A stretch of DNA of 64,000 bases. Source: Candidatus Woesebacteria bacterium (GTDB lineage Bacteria; Patescibacteriota; Microgenomatia; UBA8517). Below the pieces are notes generated by a model. That model was not told the DNA's origin and did not search any database. It worked only from the letters and a program-made list of their open reading frames with translations. Shown in pieces: positions 29,309 through 39,321 of this stretch; position 1 is the stretch's first letter, and each line of letters opens with the position of its first letter. A program made the position numbers and the translations under genes. The DNA lies in assembly GCA_003484955.1 (NCBI GenBank), contig DMZH01000003.1:112387-176386 (forward strand), given 5' to 3'.

Positions 29309-32300
29309 GAAAGTAGTATCAGACCACATCAAAAAGTATCGAAGTGAAGTATTAAAGGATTCTTCAGCCTCAACTTTCGATAGGAAAATGTTCTCACTCA
29401 AGAAATTCTTTGAATGGACAGTTAAAGAAGGATATCTGGATGAAAATCCGGTGGAATCATTCTTACGGGAAGAGCAGGAAACAGTCAAAACAAAGCTCGG
29501 AAAAATTGAGAGACAAAAAAAGCTAAATCCTCCATCCTACGGCTCAGCTCAATCTAGAATTGTCGCAAAATTTGCGGGAAAACCCAAGCTTCAGAAGCTT
29601 GCCTACAATCTTTTTTATGCCAGACCTAAATGGTATAAATCATATCACAATCTACCAATTGCCAGTTATTTCAACTATGCAATTCTTGTTCTTTTGATGT
29701 CCAGCCTTGGTTTTGGAGTATATAATCAATTCTTCAAAACCACCTCCGGTTCCCTTGCCTACCCAACCTCCCTAACCCGTGCCGGAAGGTATTTATCTTT
29801 TCAGGGAAGATTAACCAACAATCTAGGGAATCCCATCACAACTGCAACCAACCTGGTTTTCAAACTCTACAGCGTTGATACGGGTGGGGCGGCCCTTTGG
29901 AACTCCGGAACTTGTTCGATTACACCCGACACCGACGGAATCTTCTCTACTCTTTTAGGAAGCTCCTGCGGAACTGAAATTGCATCATCTGTATTTAGCG
30001 AAAACTCTGCCATTTGGCTTGGAGTGACTGTGGGAGTAGACGCCGAGGCTACTCCAAGAGTGCAAATCGCAACAGTTGCCTATGCTATTAATTCCGAAAC
30101 ACTTCAGGGTTATCCGGCCAGTTCCTCCGCAACAGCCAATACGGTTCCCGTGATGAATAACCTGGGACAAATTGTCTTGGCAGCCGCTTCCCCCAAAATG
30201 CAGTCTACAAGCGGCACTTTTGCTATTGAGGGACAGGCACTAACCATCACGACACCGGATGCTTCCAACGGATCAATCGCTATCAATCCGGATGGAACCG
30301 GCACACTTAATCTTATTTTCGAAGGAGCCGCCCCGGGAGGGGGCGCTGGAGGTTTTGTCAATGCAACCAATGCCAATATAACATCGGGAGCTCTTTATTT
30401 CGGACAGGTTGCCAGTAATGCCACAGGGTATAATCTTTTGCAACTTAAAAGCGGTGCAACCCCAACAGATAAATTTGTAGTTGACTCAGGAGGAAACGTA
30501 ACCGCGGCAGGAACATTTAACGGATTAACGGTTTCCAGCGGAACAATTTCAAGCGGTACCTGGAACGGAACCGCCATTTCAACGACATACGGCGGAACAG
30601 GACAAAATTGGTCGGGAGTGGCTCAAGGATCTCTTCCCTATTTCTCAGCAACAGGAACAATGTCTACCCTCTCTCCCGGAACTTCAGGCTACGTTCTTAC
30701 AACCCAAGGAGCTTCAGCCGATCCAACCTGGACAAGTGCTTCCTCAGTTGGAACAAATTACTGGAATCTTGGAACAGGAACAATATACCCGGGTAACACC
30801 ACGCTTGATTTACTTTTGGGTGCCAGTGCCACAACCAGTGCCAAGTTTGCATTCAAAAATGTTTTAACAGGAACTCCAACGGCCAGTATCTCCGGTTCCA
30901 CCGCTAATGTAGCGACATTCATTGACGGGAATGGCAATATTTCAACAACCAACAGAGCTGATTTAGTGCTTGGCAACTCCGCTACCTACAACTCAACAGG
31001 AAATATTCTTCTTAATCCAAACGGGATTGGATATGTTGGAATTGGGACAACAACACCCTTATATCCTTTAAGCATAGTCGGAACAGCCCCCAATGTTGCT
31101 ACGGGGCGTGTAGTTGATATCGATGGTACTTTATCTTCTACAACGAATGACCAAATTGGTTTAAAAGTATCTCCAAGTGTTTTACCAACTGCTTCAACCA
31201 GCAGGACCTACTCCGGTTTACAACTGTCGCTTTCCGGAAACAGCACAACCAGGCTTACCAATGCTGAATTTCGAGGCATTGAAGGATATGTCAGTTTCAG
31301 CGGAGCATCAGGTTCTTTGGGTACAGGAATTGGTATAAGATCTAGGGTTAATAATACCTCTACAGGTACAATTACTAACGCATATTCTACATATATTGCC
31401 ACCCCAACAAATACGGGAACAATAACCAATACTTATGGTTTATATGTTGATACCCAAACCGTAGGAACTCAAACAAATGCGCCTTTTGCAATATATCAAG
31501 CAGGAACAACAAACAAAAACTACTTTGCAGGCAATGTTGGTATCGGTACCACCTCCCCCACTGTCGAACTTGATGTAGCAGGAGCTGCTTCAATATCAGG
31601 ATCTTTAACTTTCAGAACGGGTGCAGGATCAATCCAAACTACAGCCTTTAATCCACTAACAGTTGGGGGGTCAACTACAGGAAATATCACACTTAATCCA
31701 AGTAACGCCGTATCGGATGGGTATGTGGCACCTGCAGCAAATGGCGTAACCAATCTTGGTACAGCTTCTCTACTTTGGAAAGATGTATACGCATCAGTTC
31801 TTCATCAAGGAGCAAATCTAGTTTGTGATTCAAGCGGTGCCAACTGTCCGGCAGGAGCAGTTTCTTATTGGGGACAGGCTGCGGGAGCCATATATACACT
31901 CAATAATACCGCCGATGTACTCATCGGAGCCACCGCAACGACTTCTGCAAAGTTTGCATTTAAGAATGTGTTAACAGGTACCCCAACCGCTTCAATATCC
32001 GGTTCAACCGCTAATGTTGCTTTGTTTATGGACGGTAATGGCAACATTTCTACAACAAACAGACAAAATTTAGTACTTGGAAATTCAACAACATATGACA
32101 CAACAGGAAACATTCTCCTAAACTCCAATGGAACCGGAAATGTTGGTATCGGCACCACTTCCCCCACCGCACTTTTAGATGTTGCAGGGGCTGCTTCCGT
32201 ATCGGGATCGCTCACATTTAGAACTGGGGCAGGTTCGATCCAAACAACAACATTCTCCCCGATTGCAATCGGCGGTTCAACAACAGGAAATATCACACTT

Positions 32301-35300
32301 AATCCAAGCAATGCGATAGCAGGGGGTTATGTCGCCCCCAATACAACCAATATGTCAGATTTTGGAACCGCTTCCCTACTTTGGAGAAATATATATGGAA
32401 CAACCCTATACCAAGGAGCTAACCAGGTTTGTGATACAAGCGGTAACTGTTCGGCAGCTACTGATATCTGGAGTATTGCCGATGGAGCACTTTATCCGAA
32501 AAATACTTCCGTAGATCTATTACTTGGATCAACCGCAACCACAAGTGCTAAATTTGCACTTAAAAATGTTTTATCTGGTGTTCCTACCGCCTCAATTTCA
32601 GGAAGCACGACAAATGTAGCCACATTCATTGACGGAAATGGCAACATTTCTACAACCAATAGAGCTAACTTGGTGCTTGGAAACTCCGCAACTTACAACA
32701 CAACAGGCAACGTTTTGATTAATCCAAACGGAACCGGAAGAGTCGGTGTAGGAACAACCACACCCAACTCTGCACTTGAAATATATAGTGCTGCTGGTGG
32801 AATTAATGATTATATAGGCCTTAAAAGAGGTGGTACAGATTGGAGAATCTGGGTAAGTGATGGAACCACAGGAACAGCATCGTTAAGAATAGGTGGAAAT
32901 GCGGTGGATAGTTATGCCTGGCAATTTGATTGGACCGGAGCAGCCGCAAATCTTTTTAAGTCTCCCAATGGTGAGGCGGGCCAAATCCCATTGGCTGTAA
33001 GGGCTGCCGGTGCTCAAACAGCAAATATATTTGAAGCCCAAAACTCTGGCGGCACTGCTCTGTTTTCTGTGGGTAGTACCGGAAATATCACAGCAGCCGG
33101 TGTAATTAATGCAGGTGGACTTAGTGGCGTTGCATACAATGCCCTTGCCGGAGGTGGCGATACTCCCGCTGCCACGGCTGCTATCACCACTTCAAACGAT
33201 TTATTTATAGGCGGAGATGCTGAAATTAAAGGCGGACTCTATTTAACCGGCAAAAATATTTTTAATGTTGTCAGCGGAGTTGCAACATCGACAATTTCTC
33301 TGGCCCAAAATCCGGCTACTATAAACAATTACAATGCTTTAAGTTACGGAAGCTGGCTTGTAAACAATAGTACAAATAACGGTATAGCAGCTCTCATGGT
33401 AAACCAAAGCAAAGGTGGAGATATTTTTACTGCCAGTGCTTCAGGATCACCAAAATTTGTAATTGATAACTCCGGTAATGTTGGAATAGGTACAACAGGG
33501 CCAAGAAATGGGCTGGAACTAGCCAAGCTTGACAGCAACTACATAACGAGTTTAAGGGTTGGAGGGATTTTGCAAGGAACTACAGCTGTTGCTATTGGAG
33601 CTGAGACATCCAGACATCAAATTCTATTCTCAAGCTGGAGAGATGTTCAAACGAATACTGTTGGCGCTAAAATAGCAGCTATAAATTGGAATAATTATGC
33701 ATTAAATAATCCTTTAGTTCAAAATACTGATTTGGCATTCTTTACCCTTGGAACTACTCCGGGATCAACTGACGCTACTACTGAAAAAATGCGCATTACT
33801 GCAGCGGGCAACGTCGGTATTGGTACAACTAGTCCAGTATCTAAATTAGATGTGATAGGTGCTCAAAATAACACAATAACTTCTACTAATTCCATCGTTA
33901 AGTTTTTAGGTGATGACGCGGGCATTCATATTGGTAATTTAGCTGGAACTCCAAGTTATGGTGCTTGGTTACAGGCGATGAGAGCCGATAATTTTGCATT
34001 CCCATTATTATTAAACCCACTTGGCGGCAACGTCGGCATCGGGACAACGAGCCCGAGTTACCGGCTCACTTTGGGAGGTACCAGCACTGTGTTTGGGATA
34101 GAAAATGCAACTGCATTCGCAGCCAAAAATTCTGTTGGAGGCTACGAAAATTACCTCTGGCCTCGCTGGTCTGACAATGTTACATATCTAAATTTTGGGT
34201 CAGCTGGATTTAATATCCGAAACAACGGATCTTCGTCAGTGATGGTTATGCAGAATACCGGCAATGTTGGAATTGGGACGACAAGTCCGGATACAAAACT
34301 TGAAATCAACGGATATGCAGATACTTTAAGCGCATTGACTCTTGATGTTGCCCATGGTACATATTTCGTTGAACTTGATCGAAATGGAACCAAAGTTGCA
34401 GATATTTATAAGAATACAAGCGGACCGCTTATTTTTGAGTCTTTTGCGGCTGGGAGTACAACGGCAGAGTTTTCGTTTTCTGGCGGCAAAGTGAATGTCA
34501 CCGGAACAACTACTTACTCAATAACCGGACCTTTTTCGGGAGCCACTGCCAATGCTGCTTGGACAACCGGTTTTGCAACCCAAAATATAAGCACCAGTAT
34601 CCTTGCCAGTGGGGCTTTAGTAGCCAATGGTGTTTTCTCTGCGTCAGACCAACGACTAAAAGAAAATATTGATCAGATCAATCCGGAGATGGTGAATGAC
34701 TTCATGCAAAACATCATTCCTGTTGGCTTTAACTGGAAAAGGGATGGTCTTTACAATACAGGTTTTGTCGCTCAGGATCTTATTCGTAAAGGTTTTGGTT
34801 ATTTAGTAAAAGCCACACCGGATGACAGCATCAGTCAAAGCATTGATGAGGATGGTTTTATAAGTCCGGCAGGGTTCCAATATAACGTTGACTATCAAGC
34901 AGTTGTTCCTATTTTAACCTACGCTTTACAGCAGCAACAAGCTCAAATTGCCTCTCATTCTTCCCAACTGGCTAATCTAGCTCTTACTTCCGATGGAGAT
35001 TTATTGATAGAAGAATCAACTAATGACGGATATTTGGTCCAAAAGACAGATGGAAGTGTTATTTCACAAATTGCTGCTTTAGCCGAAATGGTTATTGCCA
35101 ACATCAAAGCAGGAGCAATTGTCACGGAAGATCTGGCTACCAGTTCCTTTACTGCTTTCCAGGGAACGGTTGATAATATGCTTGTAAAGTCCGGGCTTGT
35201 CTCACCAATTGTCCAAACTGCCCTCATCTCTCCTCTTCCCGGTGACACTGATGTAACTGTCCAAATCGGATCGGTAGCTACCCCTTCCGGACAATTTGCT

Positions 35301-36218
35301 ATTCAAAATACGGAGGGTGTGGATGTTGCAACTATTGATAACCAAGGAAATGCCACTTTCTCCGGCACTCTTTTTGCCGAGGATATCAAGTCTAAATCTC
35401 TTGATGAGATACAGGCTCTTTTGACCCAAGTTCAGGTAGACCAAAATTTACTATCTCAAAGCGCCGGCTGGAATGTAAACACTGCTACAGATTCGGCCTC
35501 ATTAATTGCCGTGGCTAACATCGCTGACCTTTATGTCACGAACCAGGCTGCTATTAACTCCCTATCCGTCACCAATTCTTTAACAATCGGAGCTGATATG
35601 GTTATTCAATCGGCAATCGGTGGTGATCAATTGGTAATGAATAGTATTGATTCACTAACTGCCCCATTAAGAATTCAGAGTCTTGCCATGGCCCCTGTTG
35701 AAATAATGGCCGGCCTTATCAGAATAGATACTGAGGGAAATGTTCAAATCTCGGGTAATCTTGCGGTCGCGGGGAGAATCAAATCTTCCGGACTGACATT
35801 ACAAGAAGAGAACCTGCAAGGTATGGCCCAAAACACAGTCTTTAATGTACAGGACGCTTTGGGTAGTGCGGTAGCAACAATCGACGCCTCCGGTTCCGCC
35901 AGCTTTGGATCGATTTCAACACCCCAACTTGTCATCGCCGGAGCCGATGCAACAGAGTCAGGTACTATTATAGATGGCGTGATTACAACCAATTCTACAA
36001 TCGGGCAGGCGGTTATTCCCGCTGGGGTCTCCGAAATTACGATAAAAAATCCAAAAGTTACCGATTACACTCTTGTATACGTTACCCCAACTTCAACAAC
36101 TGAAAATTATGTACTATATGTAAAGAGCAAAAAAGCGGGAGAATTTGTAGTCGGATTCACAAACCCGATTTCAATTGACGTTAACTTTAACTGGTGGATA
36201 GTGCGTGTGACCCAATAA
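29274..36218 (+). CDS. Giant (2314 aa) single-pass membrane-anchored fibre protein: a tail-fibre-like repetitive ectodomain with an internal peptidase-S74-type intramolecular chaperone domain.
   Basis: The N-terminus completes the second SAM-like domain (SASTFDRKMFSLKKFFEWTVKEGYLDENP). TM helix at about aa 125-150. Three near-identical ~140-aa repeats (..TTSAKFAFKNVLTGTPTASISGSTANVATFIDGNGNISTTNR..). Eight or more GNVGIGTTSP..L.V.G motifs. SDQRLKENI...GFVAQDL at aa 1791 onward, then about 420 further aa. Confidence 0.8.
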   Translation: MKRKENCPMGFRKVVSDHIKKYRSEVLKDSSASTFDRKMFSLKKFFEWTVKEGYLDENPVESFLREEQETVKTKLGKIERQKKLNPPSYGSAQSRIVAKFAGKPKLQKLAYNLFYARPKWYKSYHNLPIASYFNYAILVLLMSSLGFGVYNQFFKTTSGSLAYPTSLTRAGRYLSFQGRLTNNLGNPITTATNLVFKLYSVDTGGAALWNSGTCSITPDTDGIFSTLLGSSCGTEIASSVFSENSAIWLGVTVGVDAEATPRVQIATVAYAINSETLQGYPASSSATANTVPVMNNLGQIVLAAASPKMQSTSGTFAIEGQALTITTPDASNGSIAINPDGTGTLNLIFEGAAPGGGAGGFVNATNANITSGALYFGQVASNATGYNLLQLKSGATPTDKFVVDSGGNVTAAGTFNGLTVSSGTISSGTWNGTAISTTYGGTGQNWSGVAQGSLPYFSATGTMSTLSPGTSGYVLTTQGASADPTWTSASSVGTNYWNLGTGTIYPGNTTLDLLLGASATTSAKFAFKNVLTGTPTASISGSTANVATFIDGNGNISTTNRADLVLGNSATYNSTGNILLNPNGIGYVGIGTTTPLYPLSIVGTAPNVATGRVVDIDGTLSSTTNDQIGLKVSPSVLPTASTSRTYSGLQLSLSGNSTTRLTNAEFRGIEGYVSFSGASGSLGTGIGIRSRVNNTSTGTITNAYSTYIATPTNTGTITNTYGLYVDTQTVGTQTNAPFAIYQAGTTNKNYFAGNVGIGTTSPTVELDVAGAASISGSLTFRTGAGSIQTTAFNPLTVGGSTTGNITLNPSNAVSDGYVAPAANGVTNLGTASLLWKDVYASVLHQGANLVCDSSGANCPAGAVSYWGQAAGAIYTLNNTADVLIGATATTSAKFAFKNVLTGTPTASISGSTANVALFMDGNGNISTTNRQNLVLGNSTTYDTTGNILLNSNGTGNVGIGTTSPTALLDVAGAASVSGSLTFRTGAGSIQTTTFSPIAIGGSTTGNITLNPSNAIAGGYVAPNTTNMSDFGTASLLWRNIYGTTLYQGANQVCDTSGNCSAATDIWSIADGALYPKNTSVDLLLGSTATTSAKFALKNVLSGVPTASISGSTTNVATFIDGNGNISTTNRANLVLGNSATYNTTGNVLINPNGTGRVGVGTTTPNSALEIYSAAGGINDYIGLKRGGTDWRIWVSDGTTGTASLRIGGNAVDSYAWQFDWTGAAANLFKSPNGEAGQIPLAVRAAGAQTANIFEAQNSGGTALFSVGSTGNITAAGVINAGGLSGVAYNALAGGGDTPAATAAITTSNDLFIGGDAEIKGGLYLTGKNIFNVVSGVATSTISLAQNPATINNYNALSYGSWLVNNSTNNGIAALMVNQSKGGDIFTASASGSPKFVIDNSGNVGIGTTGPRNGLELAKLDSNYITSLRVGGILQGTTAVAIGAETSRHQILFSSWRDVQTNTVGAKIAAINWNNYALNNPLVQNTDLAFFTLGTTPGSTDATTEKMRITAAGNVGIGTTSPVSKLDVIGAQNNTITSTNSIVKFLGDDAGIHIGNLAGTPSYGAWLQAMRADNFAFPLLLNPLGGNVGIGTTSPSYRLTLGGTSTVFGIENATAFAAKNSVGGYENYLWPRWSDNVTYLNFGSAGFNIRNNGSSSVMVMQNTGNVGIGTTSPDTKLEINGYADTLSALTLDVAHGTYFVELDRNGTKVADIYKNTSGPLIFESFAAGSTTAEFSFSGGKVNVTGTTTYSITGPFSGATANAAWTTGFATQNISTSILASGALVANGVFSASDQRLKENIDQINPEMVNDFMQNIIPVGFNWKRDGLYNTGFVAQDLIRKGFGYLVKATPDDSISQSIDEDGFISPAGFQYNVDYQAVVPILTYALQQQQAQIASHSSQLANLALTSDGDLLIEESTNDGYLVQKTDGSVISQIAALAEMVIANIKAGAIVTEDLATSSFTAFQGTVDNMLVKSGLVSPIVQTALISPLPGDTDVTVQIGSVATPSGQFAIQNTEGVDVATIDNQGNATFSGTLFAEDIKSKSLDEIQALLTQVQVDQNLLSQSAGWNVNTATDSASLIAVANIADLYVTNQAAINSLSVTNSLTIGADMVIQSAIGGDQLVMNSIDSLTAPLRIQSLAMAPVEIMAGLIRIDTEGNVQISGNLAVAGRIKSSGLTLQEENLQGMAQNTVFNVQDALGSAVATIDASGSASFGSISTPQLVIAGADATESGTIIDGVITTNSTIGQAVIPAGVSEITIKNPKVTDYTLVYVTPTSTTENYVLYVKSKKAGEFVVGFTNPISIDVNFNWWIVRVTQ

Positions 36219-36285
36219 ATGACAAAAACCATATATAAAACCACATCAAACATTATCTCTATATATAAAGTAACGATGATATGGA

Positions 36286-38259
36286 ATGATGCCGTTGACA
36301 CTAAAATTTTCACAATCAATACTTATAGGTACCCTGTCTATGGAAAAATTGCTTAATTCAATTCAAAAATATTTGGTGGTTGCCGGTGCGGCGCTTTTTG
36401 TAGTTTTTGTCCTCCCCGGTTTCCCCTCTCCTTATCATGTTCCAAAGGAAATTTTTGCAGCAGTTATTATCTCTCTGGCTCTTATTGCTTCACTAATAAA
36501 ATCTATTATTAAAGGGGAGTCAAAATTCTTCAGGGGTAAATTTGATATCGGAATTATCCTTTTGGTAATCGCCTATCTGGCTACCACCATTTTTAGGACA
36601 CCTAATAAAATGGAGGCATTTTTCTATCCGGGAACAACCACTTTTGTTCTTCTTTCCGCACTTTTTTATCTGATTGTCAACCAATTTACCAGAAGGGGTA
36701 AAAACGCTGTTCTTTTAGCTCTTTTTACGTCAGGAATTTTTCTCTCTGTCTCGATTCTTTTCACCCAGCTTGGTGTTTTTGCAAAAATCCCTCAGCTTCC
36801 CACTTTTATGAAAGATCCTGCTTTCAATCCGATGGGTGCCAGTTTACAATCTGTCATTTATCTTTTTGCTCTTTTGCCTATCGGCGTTGCCCAAATTATT
36901 AAAGAAAAGGAAATTGTTAAACGAATCTTTTTTGGAGTTGCGTCGGCAGTAATTATTTTTGGAATTGCTCTGTCCGGAATCAATATGCTTCCCGGTAAGC
37001 CACAAGCCCCGGTTCTTCCCTCCTGGCAAACATCGTGGGAAGTAGTTGCCGAAGCGTTAAAGCAAAGTCCCCTTTTGGGTGTGGGTTCCGCCAACTATCT
37101 TTCCGCTTTCAATGTCTACAGACCTGTTTCCTACAACGGAACGAATCTTTGGCAAGTCAGATTCTACTCGGCAAACAATTATTACTTCACTTTAATGACC
37201 GAGCTTGGATTTATTGGAATTGCCGCCATCACCATACTATTAATAAGCATTTACAAAAAACTCTCCCTCGACTATAAAAGTAAAGCCTGGGAAGAAATTT
37301 CTATAGCCATTCTGGTTCTTGCATTTGCCGTTTTTCCAGCCGCCCCTGCTCTGATATTCCTGTTTATGGTTCTTCTGGCTGTATTCTCAGGATCCGAGGA
37401 TAAACCGATTACCATTGCCACAAATAAAGTTCCTGCAATAATTGTCGCCTCTCCTATATTTTTGGCAATAGTTGCTCTTGCAATTTTCGGAACAAGGGCT
37501 GTTATGGCTGAGGCTAACTACAAGAAATCGCTTGATGCCCTGACTGCCAATGATGCCAAAAATACTTACAACTATATGGTTCAGGCGGTAAAATTAAATC
37601 CCTATGTCGACAGGTATCATGCCTCTCTTGCTCAAGTCGATATGGCTCTTGCCAACTCTCTTGCCGGGAAGAAAGATTTAACGGAGGAGGATCGCACTGC
37701 GGTCACCCAACTTGTTCAGGAGGCTATTTCCGAGGGTAAGGCAACAGTTACACTTAACTCGAGTCGAAGCAGTAATTGGGAGGTTTTGGCACAAATCTAT
37801 AGAAGCATAATGTCTTTTGCCGAAGGAAGCGACCAGTATGCAATCCAAACCTATTCTCAGGCAGTGGCACTTGATCCCATTAACCCCGACTTAAGAATTT
37901 CTCTTGGTGGAGTTTATTACGCTCTGGGAGATTATGACAATGCGATAGGAGCCTTTCAATTAGCGGTTGTTGCAAAAGGCAACTCTGCCAATGCCCACTA
38001 CAATCTTGCTGCAGCATATGCCGCCAAGAAGGACTATGACAAAGCAATTGCTGAAGTAAACACCGTAATTTCTCTTGTACCCCAGGGTTCTGACGACTAT
38101 AAAACTGCTCAGGCAACCCTGGAACAGCTTAAAAAGCAAAAACCGGCCACTACTGATACCACATCTCAAAACTTAACCTCACCGGAAACCGTTACAGAGT
38201 CCAATATTAAGCCCCCGATTACGCTTCCTTCTGATTCTACCCCACCCGCTACTCAGTAA
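36286..38259 (+). CDS. Wzy_C-type (O-antigen ligase / O-oligosaccharyltransferase family) polytopic membrane protein with C-terminal TPR repeats.
   Basis: About 10 TM helices with the Wzy_C-like loop (YYFTLMTELGFIGIAAITILL). C-terminal TPRs (YNLAAAYAAKKDYDKAIAEV). Confidence 0.65.
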   Translation: MMPLTLKFSQSILIGTLSMEKLLNSIQKYLVVAGAALFVVFVLPGFPSPYHVPKEIFAAVIISLALIASLIKSIIKGESKFFRGKFDIGIILLVIAYLATTIFRTPNKMEAFFYPGTTTFVLLSALFYLIVNQFTRRGKNAVLLALFTSGIFLSVSILFTQLGVFAKIPQLPTFMKDPAFNPMGASLQSVIYLFALLPIGVAQIIKEKEIVKRIFFGVASAVIIFGIALSGINMLPGKPQAPVLPSWQTSWEVVAEALKQSPLLGVGSANYLSAFNVYRPVSYNGTNLWQVRFYSANNYYFTLMTELGFIGIAAITILLISIYKKLSLDYKSKAWEEISIAILVLAFAVFPAAPALIFLFMVLLAVFSGSEDKPITIATNKVPAIIVASPIFLAIVALAIFGTRAVMAEANYKKSLDALTANDAKNTYNYMVQAVKLNPYVDRYHASLAQVDMALANSLAGKKDLTEEDRTAVTQLVQEAISEGKATVTLNSSRSSNWEVLAQIYRSIMSFAEGSDQYAIQTYSQAVALDPINPDLRISLGGVYYALGDYDNAIGAFQLAVVAKGNSANAHYNLAAAYAAKKDYDKAIAEVNTVISLVPQGSDDYKTAQATLEQLKKQKPATTDTTSQNLTSPETVTESNIKPPITLPSDSTPPATQ

Positions 38260-38671
38260 CAGCTAAAAGGTCAATAAGGTCTGCTTCGTCAATTAGAAGT
38301 TGTAATGATTCATTTGATTTCAAAATGGCTACCCCTTCTTCATACGATTTTGTAGCAAAAACTTTAACCAGAATTTCATTTTGCTTCTCAAAAATACGTT
38401 TTTCTTCATTATTTAGAGGTTTTTCAAGTCCCTTGGCGTTAGTTACCTTAATAATATCTATCAAGTTTGATTTTTGACTGTCAAAACTAGGATCCTTGGA
38501 ATTTAGCTTGGCCAAACCAACATAGGCTGTCCTATTTTGGACCAGATTGGAATAGTGTATAGAAACTTCTCTATTTTTTGCCTGGTGGGGTAAAAAATAA
38601 ATAAAGTAATATCCCGCTGAAATGAGTACAAGAATAATTAAAGTCTTGACTGTAAAGATTAAATATTTCAC
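38249..38671 (-). CDS. Hypothetical N-terminally anchored membrane protein.
   Basis: 140 aa with one N-terminal TM. No motif was found. Confidence 0.35.
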   Translation of the reverse strand: MKYLIFTVKTLIILVLISAGYYFIYFLPHQAKNREVSIHYSNLVQNRTAYVGLAKLNSKDPSFDSQKSNLIDIIKVTNAKGLEKPLNNEEKRIFEKQNEILVKVFATKSYEEGVAILKSNESLQLLIDEADLIDLLAVTE

Positions 38672-38734
38672 CCCTGATAATTATATCGTTTGTTACTTGC
38701 AAAATGAAATTTAGGGTGTTATATATTTACTACC

Positions 38735-39247
38735 ATGGAAGAAGGCTCAACAGGGACTCAAACGGAAGCTAAAAAGAAAGGTTCTAAATGGCTTTTCAAG
38801 TCAATCCCCTACATTATTATCCTCGCAATTGGTATATACGGCGGAACATACCTTGTCAGACAAAAACCCACCTGGTTCGGTCTTCCCCAGGGAACGGCAC
38901 AGGCCCAGGCAGAAGCAAACGCACTGGTTGCTAAAGTTTCAAAGCTTATGACTCTCCCCACCGACGAAACACCAACCATTGCAACGGTCACCGATGTCTC
39001 AATTGTCGCCGATCAACCGTTTTTCAAAAACGCCCAAAATGGAGATAAAGTTTTGATTTATCAAAAAGCCGGAAAAGCAATTCTTTACCGTGAGAGTGAA
39101 AACAAAATCATAGAAGTCGGGGCAGTTAATTTTAATCAGGCCGCCGCCAGTCCGGAAGTTTCTGCTATTGCTACACCAACTGCGAAACCAACCGTTGCAC
39201 CAACAGCTTCTCCGGTAGCCTCGCCGGTTTCAACTCCTACCCAGTAA
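38735..39247 (+). CDS. Hypothetical membrane-anchored protein with a Pro/Thr/Ala-rich C-terminal tail.
   Basis: TM (IPYIIILAIGIYGGTYLV). The C-terminus is ATPTAKPTVAPTASPVASPVSTPTQ. Confidence 0.4.
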   Translation: MEEGSTGTQTEAKKKGSKWLFKSIPYIIILAIGIYGGTYLVRQKPTWFGLPQGTAQAQAEANALVAKVSKLMTLPTDETPTIATVTDVSIVADQPFFKNAQNGDKVLIYQKAGKAILYRESENKIIEVGAVNFNQAAASPEVSAIATPTAKPTVAPTASPVASPVSTPTQ

Positions 39248-39248
39248 A

Positions 39249-39321
39249 TTTACAAGTTTCTACAACACGCAAGGAAACCCAAAGTTGTAAATTTGGGCAT
39301 GTTTTTACAAGTTGTTACAAC
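39249..39321. promoter_or_regulatory. Repeated TTTACAAGT(N4)TACAAC motifs (two copies plus an internal inverted copy) at the 3' boundary of the minus-strand fibre operon.
   Basis: TTTACAAGTTTCTACAAC at 39249-39266. TTTTTACAAGTTGTTACAAC at 39302-39321. Inverted AGTTGTAAATTT at 39283-39294. The same motifs occur at 54746-54832. Confidence 0.4.

Noticed and set aside
29985-35992. Short minus-strand ORFs inside the giant fibre 1 gene.
   Set aside because: Same reason as above: antisense artefacts of a long low-complexity coding region.
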